Assembly: GCA_964016885.1 (NCBI GenBank)
Contig: OZ024743.1
Span: forward strand, 196,106,001 to 196,170,000
Direction of reading: 5' to 3'
DNA: 64,000 bases
DNA from: Eledone cirrhosa
Taxonomy: Eukaryota
Part shown: in pieces, positions 56,579 through 64,000 of the stretch
Position numbering within the stretch: the first letter of the stretch is position 1
Layout: each line of letters opens with the position of its first letter
Translations under genes and position numbers: made by a program
Notes under the pieces: generated by a model
What the model saw: only the letters and a program-made list of their open reading frames with translations
What the model was told of the DNA's origin: nothing
The model's database searches: none

Positions 56579-58580
56579 CCCTTCTCTTTCTCACTCACTC
56601 TGAGAGGAGATCCACGCTTAGGCGGACATCTCCTTCATATATGTTTCTCTCTTTCTATAATTTTCTCAAAGACTTTTTCAAAGTTATTCATTCGCCGACA
56701 TTTTGAAAGTTATTATTGACTCGTAACTTATTTAGATTCTGAATTGTTAAATATGTATTCATTTATAGTGCGTTAGATCTACAAGAAGAAAGTAAATGGA
56801 ATTATGTATGTCTTAATAACTGGACGTACTGTTTCATAAATTTTAAATGCTGTATTTTAATCTCATTGTTCTTATTGTTAAATGTCGTGCATTTGTGTCA
56901 GAATTTAGTTTTGACTTCTATATGACTTAACATGAAATTAAATTTTGATTATAGAATAAAATGTATGTCTTTTTTGTTTCTTTCTTCATTCAACAGTCCA
57001 TTCTATTCAATCACCGTTAAAAAGGAATCACTAAGTAAATGTATTTATTCACGTAGGAAAATAGAAATCTTTAGAGATAGAATAATTCAGAGATTCCTTC
57101 CGCCAACAAATATATTTATTTACTATTTTATTCATCATTAATATTTTGGAAAGTACAGTAAGATGGAAGTTACGATTTTCAGAATACAACCGATATATGC
57201 CTAGATTTATCTCCTGGACTTGTGGAAAGAATCGAAATAATATTAGACATTGAAAAATATTGTTATTTCTAACGGCAATATTTATTTCAGTTAGCTTTTT
57301 AATACTACATGCATTAAATATGTTAACGCAAAGTTAGCCATTCTTTTAGTGAGAAACGTAATTATGAATAATGTATTCTCTGAAGTTAACGGGTTTGTAA
57401 TGCAGATGTAGAATTCTTTCTCTTTTTCTCCGCCCCTCGCTCTTTCAACCTCCTTCCTCTCTCAACGTCTCACCCCTCACTTTCAAATGCAACTCTCGTC
57501 TAGATAAGCAACAATTTTAGCAAAGTACAACAAATTGAAATACTACCAACATAAATTTCGTTAAACGCTTAGTTTTCAAAATAACTATTTGATTTGTTCA
57601 AACACAGTCGTTGTTTTGTTTTGCTTTACAGACCAATGATAAATAGAAAGAAAAAATGGTGTCATTTCAAAGAACTATTTTCTAAGATATTCGCTGATGA
57701 CTAGTATAACAAGGCTATTGATAAACTATTTTATTGCGTGATAACTTCTCATTGAAAATTTAATTTATACTTTTCCTTGCTCAATTCTCCTTGATTGACT
57801 TGAACCTGTGTCTTTTTCTTTGAAGTTTAATACTAAATTAATGATTTTGTTAGTCTGGCAAGGGAAAGACAGGACATTTTAATTTTAACGATTCTTCTCA
57901 GTAAAAGGAAATGATAGGTAGAATGGTTCAATAAATCGGAAAAGAAATGGCTGCAGATTAAACTGGTTGGGTAATCAAAATAATACAACAAAGACCATAA
58001 CTTTCTGTTTCTGAAAGTTGAAGTGAAATATTAAGTGTGGCCATTTGTGTCCCAAAGAGAATTACTACCTTGTGTGATTTAATAATAACAGTCTATTATT
58101 CTCAACGGAGAAACTCTGCGGCCGAAATTTAAATAAATCTGTAAATTTCAAATAAACTGCCGTCAGTTATCGCGACTAGAGGCTGGCTGTTCGCCGAACA
58201 GATTCTCTTCGTAGTGATTAACACTTTAATCAGATTGCTTTATCCAAATAACACTCAAAACGAAAATTCGAGGAAAGTAACAATACAATAAACAGCACGT
58301 GATGAAACTAATTTATTTACTAAACCATCGAGCTTCCGCTTAACTTATTTAGGTAAATTTTCTTACATAATTATGAGACAAGCCAGAATATAAATTTTAC
58401 ACTATAATAGTATTGACCACAGACGTAAGGAAGTGCCTGTGATAGGATAAGAAACAATGGCTCTACCATAAATAACCTTAGGTACTTTTGATTAAACAAG
58501 CAATGACCCACATTTTACTTCGTACTACAGTATCTCTTTCTCAATCTCTCCCTTTCTCTCTTTCTCTCTCTCTCTATCTA

Positions 58581-58618
<38 letters not shown>

Positions 58619-58625
58619 TATATTT

Positions 58626-58878
58626 ATAACAAAATAAGATGCTGAGGTTACATAAATCGTTTAATTATTATAATTATTTCCACGGTTCTCCATGCAACCT
58701 GCTGAAACAATAGGACCTGTATTTTTTTCCTGACGGCGGTATATCAGACAAATTGGATATCATCTGAGGATACCGTTCAACAACAAATGCATGAAGGACA
58801 TTTCGAGTGGATGGAGAACCGTGGAAATAATTATAATAATTAAACGATTTATGTAACCTCAGCATCTTATTTTGTTAT
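58626..58878. repeat. Fold-back element with 68-bp perfect arms and a ~117-bp spacer
   Basis: 58626-58693 is the reverse complement of 58811-58878. Confidence 0.9.
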
Positions 58879-58984
58879 TTTTATAAAAATCTCCATCGTA
58901 ACTAAACACTGCGATTGTTGAGAGCTTTCTCCTGCTTGTTCCTGTTTTTACCAAAACAATCTCTGCGGAATATATATATATATA

Positions 58985-59123
58985 CCGTATTTCCCGGCGT
59001 CGAAGACGCTTCGTCCTCGAGGACGCACCTAAATTTTGACAACCAAAGATTTCAAAAAAATATTAAACAACTTTCGGCCTCCAGGACGCATGGTAGATTT
59101 TTGAGACTTATTTTAAGAAATAC

Positions 59124-59125
<2 letters not shown>
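58985..59125. mobile_element. Tc1/mariner-pogo-like MITE
   Basis: TIR CCGTATTTC..GAAATACGG within TA; inverted partial copies at 59188-59223 and 59489-59556. Confidence 0.7.
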
Positions 59126-59189
<64 letters not shown>

Positions 59190-59219
59190 GTATTTCTTAA
59201 GATAAGTCTCAAAAATCTA

Positions 59220-59277
<58 letters not shown>

Positions 59278-59278
59278 A

Positions 59279-59475
59279 CCTTTCGTCACACACTCTGTGA
59301 CCTCTTCAGTGACTGGGGATTCCTTTCATTGTTTCTGTGCCTTTCCTTTCTTCTGTCCTCGCCATTAGAGAAATAAAATGGTGTAGGACAGAAGAAAGGA
59401 AAGGCACAGAAACAAAGAAAGGAATCCCCAGTCACTGAAGAGGTCACAGATGTGTGTGACGAAAGGACTATGACT
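59279..59475 (+). ncRNA. Fold-back mini-element with hammerhead (family H3)
   Basis: Palindrome 59279-59466; AGTCA-CTGAAGA-G-GTCAC..GTGAC-GAAA-GGAC-TA-TGACT at 59430-59475; related copy at 62050-62136. Confidence 0.78.
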
Positions 59476-59577
59476 ATATATATATATACCGTATTTCTTA
59501 AAATAAGTCTCAAAAATCTACCATGCGTCCTGGAGGCCGAAAGTTGTTTAATATTTTTATATATTTATATATATATG

Positions 59578-59797
<220 letters not shown>

Positions 59798-60219
59798 GGG
59801 GTAACAAATAATAGTTAAATGCAGTCCACTTAGGTAAAGTCCAGTTATGGTATTCCAGGTAGTGGATGATATTAACGCTTGGCTTGGTTTGACTCAACAA
59901 GGCGTTTTCATAGTGATGCTGCTGGTATGCCGTAATTCCTATGTTGTAAACACAGAAATATATTCATTAAGTATACTATATCCTTCACAAGTCTATACCA
60001 CACAATTGTCTGTAAGTACCTCATCTACCCACAAACTTATTCCTTCTCAGCTGCTGCCATCATTTGATCCTAAATCCTAGTTTTTCTCAAATCACTACTA
60101 CAATGTAACTTTACCTTCCTTTTGCCATAATTACAATTAGCACGCTTATCTCTTTGCATGTATGTATATTTTTGTACGAGTGTATATTGATGTGTATGTA
60201 TGTGTCTATGTACACATGC

Positions 60220-60271
<52 letters not shown>

Positions 60272-60510
60272 AGTAGAATAATCGAGTATCGAAAAATCGG
60301 CGCACGAGTTCACGATAAACAAAATTCGAAATGAGCGGCAGAGGGCTCAATAATTCAGATAAATCAGAGCTATAACTATCGTTAAAATACCGACACACAT
60401 AGAACATGTCTAAAATCAACCATACGACCGAAAAATTACGATCTGGAAGATTCGGGACACTCAGATAAAATATCAATAAATCAATAAATCAAATGAATAT
60501 ATATATATAC

Positions 60511-60586
<76 letters not shown>

Positions 60587-61121
60587 GCGTATATTACTTC
60601 GTTAACCTCTGTATTAACTCAACAACTATTTAGCTTTGACAGTGTTGTCCCACTCATGTATACTATTGAAGATGAAGAGAAAGACTGTAAACACTAGATT
60701 ATCTTTATAATTTAAAATTGATATACACTTCGATACTCTGTACATGCCAAACGCTTACTTTTGCCTCATGACAGCTAGTTTTACACGCCGTAACGTTAGA
60801 TACATTATACCCCCCACCTAAGTAATGTCAGGGTCTCCTTAAATAATTTATTAATAGCATTGTTGTAATTGTTGTTATTGTTCTAATTGAATGCCATTAC
60901 TACTTCATATAGTAGCCTGTATATTCTTTTCATGCCTGTGTATTTTCTTCATTCTCGCATCCTCCGAAGATCTGATTGGTTATAATTTTCTATTGGCGAT
61001 CGAGTAACGCGAAAATAAGCGAATAGCGATCTCTAGACCTACCAGTTCAGAGAAACAATTGTCAGCTATGAGATTAAAAACCTTTTTTGTATAGCAAACC
61101 ATGTCAACCTTCTTTCCTGAT

Positions 61122-61165
<44 letters not shown>

Positions 61166-61172
61166 ATGTGTG

Positions 61173-61209
<37 letters not shown>

Positions 61210-61211
<2 letters not shown>

Positions 61212-61382
61212 CTAGGGTGGGTAAAATTCCCGAGATCCATGGACGAGTTCTCTCAAGCGGTCTCTGTCTCTCAATACCGCTGCCATGTCCTGCGTCTCCA
61301 ACAGACCAGTGTCTGTCCTTAGGGCATCAACATATGTTAACCTCGGTCTACCTCTTCCAGTGTGTCCATGCAGGGGCTCCCA
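61210..61382 (-). mobile_element. RTE-clade LINE 3' fragment
   Basis: Minus-strand GRGRPRLTYVDALRTDTGL..DRDR. Confidence 0.7.
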
Positions 61383-61404
61383 CATATATATATATGTATA
61401 TATA

Positions 61405-61430
<26 letters not shown>

Positions 61431-61436
<6 letters not shown>

Positions 61437-61750
61437 AGATCAAAAGATGGTTAAATGAGTTCCATGTATTTTATTATGCGCATTTCAAAAACAAATATCA
61501 TCATGCAATAACATTTGTGTTTTCATCAGATAAAATAGGAGGACATGATATGAAGGTTAAAAAACACTTGTGGATAGTGCAGTTTTAAATCAACATATCT
61601 GCACTATCCACAAGTGTTTTTTAACCTTCATATCATATCCTCCTATTTTATCTGATGAAAACACAAATGTTATTGCATGATGATATTTGTTTTTGAAATG
61701 CGCATAATAAAATACATGGAACTCATTTAACCATCTTTTGATCTTATATA
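61431..61750. ncRNA. 320-bp fold-back with two canonical hammerheads: 61644-61714 (+) and 61467-61537 (-)
   Basis: TATTTTAT-CTGATGA-long stem II-GAAA-TGCGCA-TA-ATAAAATA; 8-bp stem I and palindromic stem III. Confidence 0.85.
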
Positions 61751-61837
61751 TTATGTATACTCCAGTCCTACAAACTGTAGAGTGCTTCTTATCCGATATC
61801 TGCATTGCTTTATTGTACTACAATAAAACTCACCTCC

Positions 61838-61973
<136 letters not shown>

Positions 61974-62331
61974 CTTCGTCTTTTAATTTGTTTTGCTAGA
62001 TTTCTTATCTGAAAACGCACGCACCCATGATTTTCAATTCAGAAACAAGATGGTGTAGGACAGAACAAAGGAGAGACACAAAATAAAGACCCAGTCACTA
62101 AGGAGGTCACAGAATGTGTGACGAAACAGCTTTGACAATATATTAACAACCATCCGGTTATTGAACCAACCAACCGGAAATTTGTAATAAATTGAAATGA
62201 AAATCGACAGGTTCGTGTGTTTTTATTGGCAGCTTGACCATCCCAAAGTATAACAATGTATATACATACACATATATATATACAGTGTTTAGGCAACCAC
62301 GTCACCTTTTTTGTTCAACACTGACAGAGGA

Positions 62332-62374
62332 ACGATGGACTAGTTTCAAGCTTATTAGCTATCGTCAGCATCGT
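62332..62374 (-). ncRNA. Minimal hammerhead ribozyme
   Basis: ACGATG-CTGACGA-T-AGCT-AATA-AGCT-T-GAAA-CTAG-TC-CATCGT. Confidence 0.88.
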
Positions 62375-62881
62375 ATACCTTCCTGCCAGATGGTTGAACG
62401 TCTGAAAGTATATACTTTCCTTATGCATATTAACGGCTGAGCAGCCTAATTTGCATATCGAGTGAGTTCAGTCCGCCGGGCGCACCGAAAACGATAAATG
62501 GAATAGAATGAAACGAAATTTCATTTCTCACTCTTAGTACGGCACTTACTTAAATGTAAGTATGTATGTATGTATACGTACATACATATATGTATACAGA
62601 CGTACAGTAGTATGTATATATATACATACATGCACACATATATATATGCACGTATCGGTTTACCGAACATTTATTATAATGCTCGGTTTGTTTGTTTGTA
62701 AACAAACAAACAGCCCGAATTACGCCGTACAGTTCATTCTATTCCATTTATATATATATATATATATATATATATGAATGTATATATAGTGTATTTGGCA
62801 ATACACTGTATGATTAATTAAAAGCATTTCGAAGACCTTACGCTATTGTTTTAGAGTAGTGACAGTCTCACTTACTTTAAA

Positions 62882-62973
62882 TTTTCAGCAAACAGGGGAG
62901 TTAAAGCTGACAGAGCTCTGTTTCGTACTGATTCGTACTTATCAAAGCCAAGTACCCACCTGTTTGCTGAAAA
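62882..62973 (-). ncRNA. Hammerhead ribozyme (U3-A8 variant) with extended stem I
   Basis: GGCT-TTGATAA-GTAC-GAATCA-GTAC-GAAA-CAGAGCTCTG-TC-AGCT (62905-62949), closed by a 15-bp helix 62882-62896/62959-62973. Confidence 0.82.
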
Positions 62974-63297
62974 TCATGAATGTTTGATTCTTATATAATT
63001 CTAGTAATAATCAGGAACTGATTATACAGAGTGGTTGCCGGTCAAGCAGAAATTGAAAATTAGAATTGGTGCTCTGAAATAGCACCAATTTGTAAATGGT
63101 TACAAATCCACACAAAAGAAATAAGTGCCACTTACCCTTTGTAATTGAGGTTAATCCGGGATCTATGGGGTTCTTGATTGCTACTATTAGAACGTTTCTC
63201 AATATTTGTAGTTTAACTGTTATTTTTCATATCTATTTTCTTCATATCATTCTGTCCCGCCCCCTCCTCAACGGTGTTTCTAAATTATAATTGTTTA

Positions 63298-63465
63298 TAC
63301 TTTTGGCACAAGGCCAGCAATTTTATCAGTGCATTACTGGTACTTTATTTTATCGACCTCGTAAGGATGAAAGGCAAAGTTAACCTCGGCGGGATTTGAA
63401 CTCAGAATGGCAAGGGCGTCAAAGCATAGCATCCGATCCTCTACCGATACTGCCAATCCACCGAT
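63298..63465 (-). mobile_element. tRNA-derived SINE
   Basis: Close match to 26255-26425. Confidence 0.85.
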
Positions 63466-63839
63466 GAGTCGGTCTATCTAGTAAGTTCTTTGTTAACTTC
63501 GGTGGGAAGAGTTTTAAAGATTCCTGGTTAACTTTCTTGAAGGACTTTCTCGCATTCATCGGTGGCGATTGTCAAACTGAAATCCGAGTGAAATCATTCT
63601 TTTCCTTTTTTTCAAATATACCTAATATATATATATATATATATATATATTATGTATAACATATGTATATAAAAAGAGAGAGAGATAATTCTATCTTAAT
63701 ACCAGTTTTGTTCAGGGAACTACATCAATGCTCATGCATTGCCTTCAAATGTTTTAAGAATATTAAAATTGACAGAAGTACTTCGCGTTTACAAAGCACA
63801 TGTATTCAAAGAATCAGATGTCGTGTGCAAGAGAGAAAA

Positions 63840-64000
63840 TAGCGTTTGAACGGACACGTGACGGGTATCGATGCCAATCATTAGGTTAAGAAGCACTAGC
63901 AGATCCCAGTTAAAGGAAAAGTACAGTAGAGGAGAGACTGAAGAAAGCTGGACAGAAATGATGAGAGCTGATATAAAAAGAGATGACAAAGAAATGCAAC
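63840..64000 (+). mobile_element. Degenerate RTE-like LINE 3' fragment
   Basis: GHVT..VKK..VKG..RG..KKSWTEMMRADIK relic. Confidence 0.5.

Noticed and set aside
61210-61382. Plus-strand IHGRVLSSG as a cyclase exon
   Set aside because: The minus strand gives a clear RTE C-terminus.

Overview
Eukaryotic, AT-rich, microsatellite-dense genomic DNA. The tRNA-derived SINE families and repeat landscape suggest an octopus or other cephalopod (inference). No intact host gene is evident. Bases 1-23.2 kb are a nest of non-LTR retrotransposons stacked in (TTA/TAA)n arrays: three copies of an R4/Dong-like RLE element (family A), two of a second such family (B), fragments of two more, and one Tx1/L1-like APE-RT element. 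The full-length family A copy has a compact 5' leader that can fold into a double pseudoknot, a candidate novel ribozyme or IRES. Bases 24-64 kb appear to be the intron-rich remains of a decayed receptor guanylyl cyclase pseudogene (+). This part is filled with SINEs, a Buster/Charlie hAT remnant, RTE fragments, and two Neptune-type Penelope-like elements (PLEs) with inverted terminal arms. It also holds a dense population of tiny (TA)n-associated, often perfectly fold-back elements carrying minimal hammerhead ribozymes from several unrelated sequence families, including core variants. This hammerhead/fold-back/(TA)n system is the most notable signal. All RNA folds and alignments were done by eye.
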